This document shows positions 18,258 to 27,890 of a DNA stretch of 64,000 bases, piece by piece. Below the pieces are notes generated by a model. That model worked only from the letters and a program-made list of their open reading frames with translations, had not been told where the DNA came from and did not search any database. Each line of letters opens with the position of its first letter. Position 1 is the first letter of the stretch. The position numbers and the translations under genes were made by a program. Where the stretch lies: positions 44,155 to 108,154 of the forward strand of contig CAVJMG010000004.1 in assembly GCA_963650805.1 (NCBI GenBank), in the 5' to 3' direction. The DNA comes from an uncultured Bacteroidales bacterium (GTDB lineage Bacteria > Bacillota_I > Bacilli_A > RFN20 > CAG-826).

Positions 18258-18337
18258 GGCTAATTGCCTCCTTGAACGAACCTATTATAGGACGCGTTTA
18301 AAAAAGGGGAGGGAACAGAACGTGAGATAATCCAAAA

Positions 18338-21300
18338 TCAGTTATTAGCTTTGAAGGCGTATGAGCCGACGCTGGTGATTTCCTGGTCGTTGATGGTGAT
18401 GACGTAATCGCTGTCTTCGGGAAGCGAGATGACTTCGACGCTGAATTCGACGGGGCAATGGATGGTGACTACGTAGGTCTTGTTAAGCTCATCGTAGACA
18501 TACTCGACCGATGCGGAAGAATCTGAAACCGTCATTTTGAATTCGCTGTAGGTGGATTCGACGATGATGGGCGTTGGCCCTTCCCAATCTTCCGAAGCGG
18601 TTTTAGACCCCGTTCCTTCCGCTTTGATGGAAACGTCCCCATCCGAAGTGAAGGTCACGAGGCCGTCGCTTAAAGTTGCGTCTCCGCTTTCTTTGGACCA
18701 AGCCACGTCGTCCGAGGGGAAATAGAGCTGAAGCTCATCTCCTTCTTTTGCTCCGGTTATCGTCCAAGTGCAGGAATAGGCCATGCTTAAGGTCAAATTG
18801 GTCAAGGAGAAGGTCTGAACGGTTTTTCTTTCCATCGTGACGATGGTCGGGGAATCATAAACCCCCTCGATTGCTTTCCCATCTTCCCCTTTGACCTCGG
18901 TATAGGCGTCTTTGTACACAACTTGGAGGTCTTCCGAGCTGCTGGAAGTTACTGTCGAGGAAGTTCCCGAAGTCGAAATCGCGAGTTCGAGCTCTTTGCT
19001 TCTAGGGGCTAGAATCGCGATTGAAGCGGAAGCCCCTCCCTTGACCTCTGCAGTTTTGGACAAATCAGCGATGAAATCAATCCCTTTGGGATAATTCTCG
19101 GTGTAGGATGAAGAAACAATCTTCTCGTCGATTGTTACGGAGTCGTAATTTGCTGCACCTGTTCCAATGTCTAGGTAGAGCAAATAGGACCCTTGTTTGC
19201 CGGGAACCGAGCCCAAGGCATATTCCCCGGGATTTACGGGGATTTCAAAATAATAGAGACAATAAGTTGTGATTTTCGCATCTGTTGAAATCCAGGAAAC
19301 GTCGAAAATCATGTGATTCGAATCACTTCCGGACGGCACGCTTCCATCGTAAGAATAGAGATAGGGATTCTCTTTCTTATCATCGCCTAAATTCGCGTAT
19401 ATCTTGCTGATCGATTTAATTTCGGTGATGTTCTGGTTTTCGTCTCTGACGATTTCTTGGAGGCTGAAGAAAGAGTTGTTAGTTCCGTAGGAGCTGTTAA
19501 CGTAGTAGGTGGCGCCAAAGAAGGTGACATAGCCCGATGTGGCGAGATTAAAGCCGATTGAATCCTCGGGGACCGGATAGTTGTAATAAACGGACCCTTT
19601 TTGAGTTGGCTTTTCGCTTGTTTCCTTGTTCAAATATTTTTTAAGGTCTGCTTCATACCGTTTTTCCGCCGCTTCGTCATAAACCACGGCTTTTCCGATT
19701 TTGGTTAGATGGTCCGTTGATATTGCGGCGTTCATGAAATGAAGCCCGTATAACGGGGTCGAAGATTTAACGCTCGTGTTGCTGTAACTTCCAAACATCG
19801 TGTATTGAAGATTTTTCCTCGCTGAGTCGTAGCGCGAGAAGATTGAAGAATCTACGGGTTTGGCGGTCCAACCGGAGATGGTGGTGCTGCTCGCGGTGGA
19901 ATTGTTGTATTGGTCCTTAATTTTGGTCCATCCGTTATCGGAATAAGTCCCGTCGTTCGCCTTGGTGGTTGAACGTGTGAGAACTTGCAATTTTGAGCTG
20001 CTGTAACTACTCCAACTCGATCCCCCGAAAGAGGTATGCAGTTGGCTTATATTGTAATATTCGGCTACACGGATGTCGCCCGCGTAGTCGCTTCCGTTGA
20101 CATAATTTGCACCCCCAACCAAATATCCCGTATTCATGTCTGAGACGCCCGTTATGTTGGCCTTCGTTTTGGGGTCATCATAACTGTAGGCTAACGGGAA
20201 ATAGGTCGGATTTACTGTTGCGGTCGCCTTTTCACTTGAGGTAGAAACGGAGGCGAGGCCGGTATCTCCGGTTTTTTCAAACGTTAAATTGGAAGTATAG
20301 TCACCGCCATCGACTTTGCTGACGATGAACTGATCGCGCTGATTGGGGAGGTTTTGGTAGGTTCCGTTTTTCGTTTTGTAACTGACTTGGAATTCGCCAT
20401 TGGAATAGACTAAATAAGAAGTACAACCATCGCCGTCAAAATTTTCACGGAGCATGTATCCCGTCCCTGTTCCGTCGCTTGATGCGTTATCCATGTAAAA
20501 ACGCTTTGAGGTGGAATTGCCATGGCCTCCGTCATACTGTGTCACCCGAGGCAACTGCGTCCAATTTGTGCTGGTTATTCCCAAATAAATAGAAGACGAA
20601 TCGACTGGGTAATATGCGTTGTTAGTTGAATTATATCCCCAAGCATAACTTGAGTAAGTCGCTTTCGCTAATGCCGTCGGAGCTGTTTCTGCGGTTCCTG
20701 AATAGCCCACGTACATATTCGCGGTTACGTCTTTGATGGTAAGGCAAGATGACGTTGCTGCCGCTACCAGTTGCCAAGAGGAGTCATAATCGAGGTAATA
20801 GTTAAGACTGGTGCTATAAGGGATATAAAGATTCCCTTTATCGGAATCATAAGTCCATGTCGCCATTCCTGAGGTTGTGGTAAGCAATAGATTAAAAGAT
20901 GTGCCGTAGGCAAGATAATAAATGGTTCCATTGATGCTGGTGGAAACTTGGCCGCTCGCACCCGCCTCCGGGACGAACCACGAAACTGCGTCGCTCTCGG
21001 ATGCCGTATAGGTTACTGAATTAGATGAACCCACGGTGAGATAAACGCCGTTTTTGCTTATCTTGGACGTATAAGCGTATTGGTTTTTGGTCACGGTTTT
21101 TGAATAATCGGAACTTGCTCCGGTGTATGAGCCGTAAATATATACATAGCTATCGTTGCTTAGGCTTTGATAAGGCAAGCCGTATGATGCAATTACATTG
21201 CCATCCCCGTCGGTTCTTTCACCGTTTCTATAAGAGTAATCGCCCCTAGTTAGTCGCGTACTACCATAAACTTGGTTGTACGGCTCGCTTTTTACCCCTT

Positions 21301-22309
21301 CCGGAGAAACGTCGACTGACTCCGAGGTGACGTATGTGACGTCTTTCGAAATAGTGTTGCTTTTCAACTCACTCTTCAAATCGGTGTACATCTGCTTCAT
21401 GTTCACCGATCCGCCCCAATTGGTGGAGCCGTGCTCCGTGTTGGGGTTATCGATTTGTGGCATGGAGATGGTTTGGTCGCTAACGTCGAGCTTAGAGCGA
21501 TAATCCTCTGTGGCGTAGCCCACCAAAGAGTATTCGGAGATGTGTTTAACCCCGACAACGTCGGTGATGGTAGTGGCGTTCTCCTTCGTGAGAATAGAAG
21601 CGGATTTGATACCGACGCCTTTGATTTCTCCGTTGACGTATCCCGCGGCCAAACCGATGAGGGTTGAAGAGCTTGAAGACACGACGTCGAGGCCATCGAA
21701 ACCCAAGTTGAGGATTTGATTGGCGGAGGTGTCGTAGGTGTAGTTATTAACCGTGCCGCTGTCGTTGAGACATCCGACGACGCCGAAAAACCCGACGATT
21801 TCGGATTGCTTTAGGATTCCCGAAGAATATTCGGCACCCTTAGGGGGCTCAGCCCCCTTGAGGCTTTCTTCGTTATTCGTAATCTTTAGATTCGATATGG
21901 TTTTGCCCGCCCCGTCGAAATTCCCGACGAAGGGGTATTGCTTTGTGCCGGCTGGAGGGAGGGTGACTCCAGTCATGTCCAAGTCCGAGGTAAGCTTGAA
22001 ATAAGTCTGCTTAATCGCGGTCTTATCCTCGTTTGGGGTGTTGAAATAGCCAAGGTCCTGCAGCCAATTGAAGTAATAAAGCTGCTTCGGGTTGTCAATT
22101 TCAAAGGGCTTTTCCTTGCTCCCGTCCCCCCCATTGAAATAAGAGCCGTGGGCCGCTCCGGAGAGGCCTTCGAGCTTGGCGGTTGTTCTGGCTTTGGCAA
22201 ACCAAGCGAAGGAAGGCAGCGCCAAAGAAGCCGAAAGCACAATAAAAGAAATGCCCGAGAGCAGGGCGGTCTTCCTCTTTTTGTCTTTTAAAATCTCTCT
22301 GAGTTTCAT
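18338..22309 (-). CDS. Very large (1323 aa) secreted/surface protein, Ser/Thr/Tyr/Asn-rich, likely a beta-helix adhesin-like protein.
   Basis: Signal anchor ALLSGISFIVLSASLALPSFA. N-terminal GSYFNGGDGSKEKPFEI and GNFDGAGKTISNL resemble right-handed beta-helix caps. No catalytic motifs recognised. Confidence 0.6.
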   Translation of the reverse strand: MKLREILKDKKRKTALLSGISFIVLSASLALPSFAWFAKARTTAKLEGLSGAAHGSYFNGGDGSKEKPFEIDNPKQLYYFNWLQDLGYFNTPNEDKTAIKQTYFKLTSDLDMTGVTLPPAGTKQYPFVGNFDGAGKTISNLKITNNEESLKGAEPPKGAEYSSGILKQSEIVGFFGVVGCLNDSGTVNNYTYDTSANQILNLGFDGLDVVSSSSSTLIGLAAGYVNGEIKGVGIKSASILTKENATTITDVVGVKHISEYSLVGYATEDYRSKLDVSDQTISMPQIDNPNTEHGSTNWGGSVNMKQMYTDLKSELKSNTISKDVTYVTSESVDVSPEGVKSEPYNQVYGSTRLTRGDYSYRNGERTDGDGNVIASYGLPYQSLSNDSYVYIYGSYTGASSDYSKTVTKNQYAYTSKISKNGVYLTVGSSNSVTYTASESDAVSWFVPEAGASGQVSTSINGTIYYLAYGTSFNLLLTTTSGMATWTYDSDKGNLYIPYSTSLNYYLDYDSSWQLVAAATSSCLTIKDVTANMYVGYSGTAETAPTALAKATYSSYAWGYNSTNNAYYPVDSSSIYLGITSTNWTQLPRVTQYDGGHGNSTSKRFYMDNASSDGTGTGYMLRENFDGDGCTSYLVYSNGEFQVSYKTKNGTYQNLPNQRDQFIVSKVDGGDYTSNLTFEKTGDTGLASVSTSSEKATATVNPTYFPLAYSYDDPKTKANITGVSDMNTGYLVGGANYVNGSDYAGDIRVAEYYNISQLHTSFGGSSWSSYSSSKLQVLTRSTTKANDGTYSDNGWTKIKDQYNNSTASSTTISGWTAKPVDSSIFSRYDSARKNLQYTMFGSYSNTSVKSSTPLYGLHFMNAAISTDHLTKIGKAVVYDEAAEKRYEADLKKYLNKETSEKPTQKGSVYYNYPVPEDSIGFNLATSGYVTFFGATYYVNSSYGTNNSFFSLQEIVRDENQNITEIKSISKIYANLGDDKKENPYLYSYDGSVPSGSDSNHMIFDVSWISTDAKITTYCLYYFEIPVNPGEYALGSVPGKQGSYLLYLDIGTGAANYDSVTIDEKIVSSSYTENYPKGIDFIADLSKTAEVKGGASASIAILAPRSKELELAISTSGTSSTVTSSSSEDLQVVYKDAYTEVKGEDGKAIEGVYDSPTIVTMERKTVQTFSLTNLTLSMAYSCTWTITGAKEGDELQLYFPSDDVAWSKESGDATLSDGLVTFTSDGDVSIKAEGTGSKTASEDWEGPTPIIVESTYSEFKMTVSDSSASVEYVYDELNKTYVVTIHCPVEFSVEVISLPEDSDYVITINDQEITSVGSYAFKANN

Positions 22310-22642
22310 GCTGACTACCGTTTAATGGCAACCAGGCTATCTCAAGGAGACCCTTTGGCTTTGCGTCGCCAAGTTGCCTTGGCTTTGCTTTTATCTTTTG
22401 CTATTGTAGGACAACTAAAAAGGTTTTGAAAGCGAAAAGCGTTATTGTTGACGGAAAAATTGCATAAATTGTTATTTCAACTTCTTGATTTTTCTTTAGA
22501 TTGATCCCGCATGTTGTTTTGTCAACCGTCGTTTGCAATCCATAATGCGGTTCCTTCGCATGTTTTTATATCTAACTTTTTCTTCTTGGGGTCATCTCCG
22601 TAAGGTATAATCCATCAGACAAACAAAGGAGAATGACAGATA

Positions 22643-25600
22643 ATGCTTGAGGTAAGAAACTTAAAGCGCGTCTATAAGGTCAAGGGTGGGAATTCCGTCT
22701 ACGCTTTAAACGACGTGAGCCTTAAATTCCCCGAGACGGGGCTTATTTTTATTCTAGGCAAATCCGGCTCAGGGAAATCGACCTTGCTCAACGTCATGGG
22801 TGGGCTTGATAACGTCGATGACGGCGAGATCATCATCAACGGGAAATCCAGCAAGACCTTTTCGAAGGTCGAGATGGATTCCTATAGGAATACCTACTTG
22901 GGGTTCATCTTCCAGGAATACAACATCCTAAGCGACTTCACGGTCAGGGAGAACATCGCCTTGGCGTTGCAGTTGCAGCATAAGAAGGCTACTGACGAGG
23001 TCATCGATAAAATCCTTGAAGAAGTGGACCTCGTTGGCTTTGGCAAGCGCAAGCCCAATGAGCTCTCCGGCGGCCAAAAGCAAAGGGTCGCCATCGCTAG
23101 GGCCTTAGTCAAAGAGCCCAAAATCATCTTTGGCGATGAGCCCACGGGCGCGCTTGATAGCAACACCGGCAAACAAGTCTTCGAAACCCTTAAGCGCCTT
23201 TCGGAAACCCGCCTCGTCGTCATCGTTTCCCACGATAGGGATTTCGCCGAGCATTTCGGCGACCGCGTCATCGAATTAAGGGACGGCAAAGTCATTTCCG
23301 ACATCACCAAAACCGCGGTGGTCTCCGAAAAAACGGACGACGGCCTCGCCTTAATCGGCGATAACATCATCCGCCTAGATAAGAACCGCCCCTTGAAGGC
23401 GGAAGACCTCCCCATCATCAATCAGACGATTGCCAAGAGCGAGAAAGAGGTCTACATCGTCGCTGACTCTCACGTCAATAGCGCTCTTTGCGAAGCCGCT
23501 AAAATCGATAAAGATGGCAACCGTGAGGAATTCGTTGATACCGATCCTAGCAAAATCGAAGCGGGTGACGATACCTTCAAGCCCATCAAGAGCCGCTTCT
23601 CTTTGGGCAGGGCTTTCAGGATGGGCGGGAAATCCCTGCGGGTCAAACCCTTCCGTTTGGCCATGACGATCCTTCTCTCCACCGTGGCCTTCTCCCTATT
23701 CGGAGCAAGCCTTACACTTTCTTTTTTCAACGCCAAGTCCGCGTTGATCTCGACGATTGATAGAAACGGCATGACGATGCTCCCTTTTACCGTTAACGAT
23801 AAAAGCAATAGCGGGCTCACCGACGAAAGAGCCAAAGCGATTGAGGAGGAAACGGGGGTCAAAGTCTATTGCGCAGACAGCATCGAATCCCCCATTGAAG
23901 TTCCTTCTTCCTCCAAACAAGACCTTTTCCACGCCAGATACTATAAAGGCAGGATGGCCATCGACGAAGATGCCGTGAAAGACCTCGGGTATGCCGTTGT
24001 CGCCGGAAGTCTCCCAAGCAATGAAAACGAGTGCATGATCTCCCTGTATGCCTATTATTCCTACAAGGATTTGGGCATGGGCTACAGCAGTTCTTCCGCA
24101 GATTACATCGCCCCCGAGAAAATAGAGTATTCTACCGTCATTGGGAAAACGCTCAGTTACTACGACCGCTCCAGCGATTATCGATCGGTTGTTTTGACTA
24201 TTTCCGGCATTCTTGACACCAAGCTTCTCGAAAAACTTGCCTCTTATCGCGATAAAGTCGATCAAATCAACAATACCACCGATGACGGCAAAGCCCTTTA
24301 TTATCTGAGCGCCGGCTATCAATCCTCCATTCACACGTCCATCTTCGTCAAGGAAAGCGAAACCGGCAAAGAAAGCGACGCCACCGCTTCCTATCCTCTG
24401 AAAGTCTCTTTGGGCCAAGACCAGGATACGGGCATCAATTTCGGGTATTACCCAACCCACAAAGACGATTTCTTCTTCTTTGATTCGAATAAGAGCGAAC
24501 TTCAAAAAGGGGAAGCTGTTTGCTCGGTGAGCGGGGCGAATATGATCTACCTCCATAACGCCGACGCGTCGTCTTTGTCCGAAGGCTCCTTGGGCTATGC
24601 TTTGGTGGAAATCCAAAACCAGCAAAGCCCCTTCAGAGAAACCTACATCCAAGACAACTACAAGAAGATATACGAAGAATACAAAACCGATAGCTTCTTC
24701 GCCAAATACGATGAAGCGACTCTCTCTGACGAAGAAGGGTTGAAGATGGCCGTTAATGACTTCCTCTTCAACTACGCCACTTCTAGCGACGCCTACAAGG
24801 GTTTCTCCGCCTCTTGGGTCGCTAAAGAGAAAGAGATCCTGAAGAAGGTGACGGATGTTTCCTCAATCGCCCCCATCTCGGGCTCTTTGCCTACGAAGAG
24901 CAAAGGCGAACAAGATTCCGACATTTATGAGGCGTGGACGTTCTCCCTCGCTGGCATCGATTTAACCGATACGGCCAACGGGAATTCCCTTAGGCTTTCT
25001 CTTAGCAAAGCCGAATTCAATGAAATCTCCGCAAAACTCGCCGCGAACGGGTATTCTTCAAGCTCTAGCACGAGCTCTCGCATCGGCTACGCCTCTTGGA
25101 AGGGGAACGCCTCTACCTTAAGCAAGTTCCTTGATTCCTATTTGTCTAAGAAGAACGCCTACACCAATTCCGGCTATGACTGGTCTTATCTCCCCGATGG
25201 TTTCTGGTATATGGCTGTGTCGGATTCGCGAATTGTCTTAGTGGAAACCACGGCCACGATGATCATGGTCTTAACGCAGGTCTTCCTCTACATCGGTATT
25301 GCCATGGCCGCCTTCTCGATGCTGCTCTTCTATAATTTCATCTCTGTCTCCATCAACAACAAGAAACGCGAAATCGGCATTCTCCGCGCGGTTGGGGCCA
25401 AGCGCATCGACGTGTTCAAAATCTTCTATTCCGAAGCCTTCATCATCGCCATGGTGAACTTCCTCCTTTCCACGATCACGGTCTTCGTCATCTCCTATTT
25501 CGTGAACCAGGATTTGGCCAAGAACGAGATGTTCGGCTTCAATCTGATGAGTCCGGACATCCGAGTGGTTGCCGCCTTGTTCGGCGGGGCGATTCTAGCG

Positions 25601-25675
25601 AGCTTCATCTCTGCCTTCCTCCCCGTCATGAAAATCGCGAACAAAAAGCCCATCGACGCGATTCACAACAAGTAA
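22643..25675 (+). CDS. Fused ABC ATPase plus FtsX/MacB-type permease (1010 aa).
   Basis: Walker A GKSGSGKST, signature LSGGQKQRVAIARA and Walker B IIFGDEPTGALD in the N-terminal domain. TM plus a ~450-aa extracytoplasmic domain. C-terminal IGILRAVGAKRIDVFKIF plus three TM helices. Good promoter upstream: TTGACG N17 TATAAT, then AAAGGAG. Confidence 0.8.
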   Translation: MLEVRNLKRVYKVKGGNSVYALNDVSLKFPETGLIFILGKSGSGKSTLLNVMGGLDNVDDGEIIINGKSSKTFSKVEMDSYRNTYLGFIFQEYNILSDFTVRENIALALQLQHKKATDEVIDKILEEVDLVGFGKRKPNELSGGQKQRVAIARALVKEPKIIFGDEPTGALDSNTGKQVFETLKRLSETRLVVIVSHDRDFAEHFGDRVIELRDGKVISDITKTAVVSEKTDDGLALIGDNIIRLDKNRPLKAEDLPIINQTIAKSEKEVYIVADSHVNSALCEAAKIDKDGNREEFVDTDPSKIEAGDDTFKPIKSRFSLGRAFRMGGKSLRVKPFRLAMTILLSTVAFSLFGASLTLSFFNAKSALISTIDRNGMTMLPFTVNDKSNSGLTDERAKAIEEETGVKVYCADSIESPIEVPSSSKQDLFHARYYKGRMAIDEDAVKDLGYAVVAGSLPSNENECMISLYAYYSYKDLGMGYSSSSADYIAPEKIEYSTVIGKTLSYYDRSSDYRSVVLTISGILDTKLLEKLASYRDKVDQINNTTDDGKALYYLSAGYQSSIHTSIFVKESETGKESDATASYPLKVSLGQDQDTGINFGYYPTHKDDFFFFDSNKSELQKGEAVCSVSGANMIYLHNADASSLSEGSLGYALVEIQNQQSPFRETYIQDNYKKIYEEYKTDSFFAKYDEATLSDEEGLKMAVNDFLFNYATSSDAYKGFSASWVAKEKEILKKVTDVSSIAPISGSLPTKSKGEQDSDIYEAWTFSLAGIDLTDTANGNSLRLSLSKAEFNEISAKLAANGYSSSSSTSSRIGYASWKGNASTLSKFLDSYLSKKNAYTNSGYDWSYLPDGFWYMAVSDSRIVLVETTATMIMVLTQVFLYIGIAMAAFSMLLFYNFISVSINNKKREIGILRAVGAKRIDVFKIFYSEAFIIAMVNFLLSTITVFVISYFVNQDLAKNEMFGFNLMSPDIRVVAALFGGAILASFISAFLPVMKIANKKPIDAIHNK

Positions 25676-25866
25676 GTTTGTCTCTAGGCCCTTGCGCATA
25701 AAAGCGGGGGCTTTTTCTTATGGCTTTAGGTCGCTTGCTTTTTTACAAAGCGCTCCTTGAAAGACGCGGGTTTAATAGTGTCATTATTCATTGCGTCAAA
25801 AAACTCTTTTATTTTTAGGGCTAAATAAAACTTAAATGCCGAAGATATCGAAAGTCTTTGCAAAAA

Positions 25867-25950
25867 AACTGCTCACTGAAAAGACAAAATAATGCTCACT
25901 GAAAAGTCGAAATAATGCTCATTGAAATGGCAAAATGTTGCTCATTTATA
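25867..25950 (+). promoter_or_regulatory. Four direct repeats of about 23 bp (AATAATGCTCACTGAAAAGNCNA type) ending at the TATAAT -10 of the downstream ATPase gene.
   Basis: TGCTCACTGAAAAG at about 25870 and 25893. TGCTCATTGAAATG at about 25916. TGCTCATTT at about 25939. Period 23 bp. Confidence 0.4.
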
Positions 25951-25978
25951 ATGGCTATTCATTTTTATTTTAGTTAAA

Positions 25979-27289
25979 ATGAGTTTGAGGAAACTGAAAA
26001 TGGGCTTATGGAAAAACGGCACTCCCTACAAGAAAAGGGTAATCGACCAAACGATAGAGGAATATTTAAGCGTCGCTGGGGCCGTATGCGTTGAGGGACC
26101 GAAGTGGTGCGGCAAAACTTTCACGTCCATTTTCCATTCAAAAAGTCGTTTTATGGTTGGGGATCCCGAGAGGGGCTTCTCCAATAGAGAACTCGCCAAA
26201 TTGGATCCGAATTTCGTGCTGCAGGGCGATGCCCCGAGGACGATTGATGAATGGCAAGAAGTGCCCTCCCTTTGGGATGCAGTTAGATTTGAGGTGGACA
26301 AGAGAGGCCAAAAGGGTCAATTCATCCTCACCGGTTCTTCGACACCCATGAAGAAAGGCGTTCTCCATAGCGGCGCTGGCAGAATCGTTCGGCTCAGAAT
26401 GAATACGATGTCCTTGTACGAAAGCGGAGATTCCACGGGGCAAGTTTCTCTCAAAGAACTCTGCGATAACCGCTTATCAAACCAAATGATTGGGGAGAAG
26501 TCTATTTTGGATTTGGCGACTTTCATCGTTCGTGGCGGTTGGCCTCAAAATATCGATGTCCCTTCAGCAAAATGCCACTTGATGCCAAAGGCCTATATTG
26601 AGACGCTTATTCACGAGGATATTCAGAAATTAGATGATTCAGTGGAGTATGATGAGCGCAAGTTTGAACTGCTCCTTAAATCTTTGGCGAGGAACGAATC
26701 AACGACTGCTTACGATGCGACGTTGCTTAACGACGTCATTCAAAACGACAGCGAGTCCATAGGCAGGAACACCATCGTTAAGTATTTGGACGTTATGAAA
26801 CGTTTATTCATATTGAATAATCAAGAGCCATACGCCCCTTCTCTTCGTTCGTCTTTGAGGGTAAAGCAAAATGAGAAAAGGCATTTCTCCGATCCGGCTA
26901 TGGCTTGCGCGCTATTGAACATTACCCCAAGCAAATTGTTGGGGGATATGCATACCTTCGGATTTTTGTTTGAGGCTCTTGTTGAGCGCGATTTGGCCGT
27001 TTACGCACAAGCCTTCGGCGGAAAGCTGTTCCATTATCAAGATTACAAAGACAATGAAATCGACGCTGTCATCGAGCTTGAAGATGGCCGTTGGTGCGGC
27101 ATAGAAATAAAATTAGGCTCAAATCAAATCGAAGAGGCCGCGGCTAATTTGAAAAGAATCAACGCCTCTTTGATAGCAAGCGGAAATGAAGGAGCTCAAT
27201 CCTTAATTGTCATCGTAGGCTTGGGGAACGCCGCTTACAAAAGAGAAGACGGCGTCCTCGTCGTTCCAATCTGCGGTTTAAAGGATTGA
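25979..27289 (+). CDS. AAA+ ATPase with a C-terminal DUF4143-like domain (AAA_14 + DUF4143 architecture).
   Basis: Walker A GPKWCGKT. Walker B FILTGSS. Clear paralog of 42046-43338 (ILFDEWQDAP, TGS, RMNPMSLFE blocks). Confidence 0.75.
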   Translation: MSLRKLKMGLWKNGTPYKKRVIDQTIEEYLSVAGAVCVEGPKWCGKTFTSIFHSKSRFMVGDPERGFSNRELAKLDPNFVLQGDAPRTIDEWQEVPSLWDAVRFEVDKRGQKGQFILTGSSTPMKKGVLHSGAGRIVRLRMNTMSLYESGDSTGQVSLKELCDNRLSNQMIGEKSILDLATFIVRGGWPQNIDVPSAKCHLMPKAYIETLIHEDIQKLDDSVEYDERKFELLLKSLARNESTTAYDATLLNDVIQNDSESIGRNTIVKYLDVMKRLFILNNQEPYAPSLRSSLRVKQNEKRHFSDPAMACALLNITPSKLLGDMHTFGFLFEALVERDLAVYAQAFGGKLFHYQDYKDNEIDAVIELEDGRWCGIEIKLGSNQIEEAAANLKRINASLIASGNEGAQSLIVIVGLGNAAYKREDGVLVVPICGLKD

Positions 27290-27418
27290 ACTCTTTGGGT
27301 TCGAAACGCCCTCATCGCGTTGACTCCCTTTTGGATTTTGCATCGATTTATAGAATTGATTGTTTGCAAATTCGTGGGAACAAATTCTCCGCAAAATCAG
27401 TCTTATATAAAAGCTTGT

Positions 27419-27755
27419 CTAGAAAACTACCAAACTGTGTCTCAATAAATACGATGGTTTCGCATTTTCCCCGTCCAAACGGCCTCTGAAAGTAGCGGAT
27501 ATCGCACCAAACGCCTCGTTTTCGGTCATTCCTTGTCCTCGCGCTGAACGGGGAAGATGCAGACGACCCAAGCTCAAACGCGATCCCGTTCCGGTCGCTA
27601 AGCTTTTCTTTAAAACCCTTTCACGCCAATTGGGCAGCCATCCGGCGGATGTTTTGGCAAACGTTTCAAACCAGCAGACTGCCCAATTGGCCAATACTTC
27701 CCAATAAAGGTTGCATCAAGGAAGCATTAACGGACACAGTTTGGTAGTTTCCTAG
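27419..27755. repeat. MITE-like element of about 337 bp bounded by 23-bp terminal inverted repeats, with nested internal palindromes.
   Basis: Left CTAGAAAACTACCAAACTGTGTC (27419-27441). Right GACACAGTTTGGTAGTTTCCTAG (27733-27755), 22/23 complementary. Internal 13-bp inverted repeat GCCAATTGGGCAG / CTGCCCAATTGGC. Flanks AAAAGCTTG / AAAAGTTTG may be a target-site duplication. Confidence 0.4.
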
Positions 27756-27890
27756 AAAAGTTTGAACGCTTTTAGAACATCCTAAAAAAGACAATTTCGT
27801 GGAAACGCCGAGAGTTGAAGATGCTTTTGGCTGTTTTGGTGTAGAAAGAAGACGCAGAGGGCGGGTTTAGCAAAGCGATAAGTGGCTCAA

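Noticed and set aside
23696-24652. 318-aa minus-strand ORF
   Set aside because: Embedded antisense in the 1010-aa ABC fusion gene, which has contiguous ATPase and FtsX motifs. No RBS. Spurious.
25867-25950. Short direct repeats considered as a possible CRISPR array
   Set aside because: The repeats are contiguous 23-bp units with no unique spacers, only 3-5 copies, and lie in promoter positions. No cas genes. Not CRISPR.
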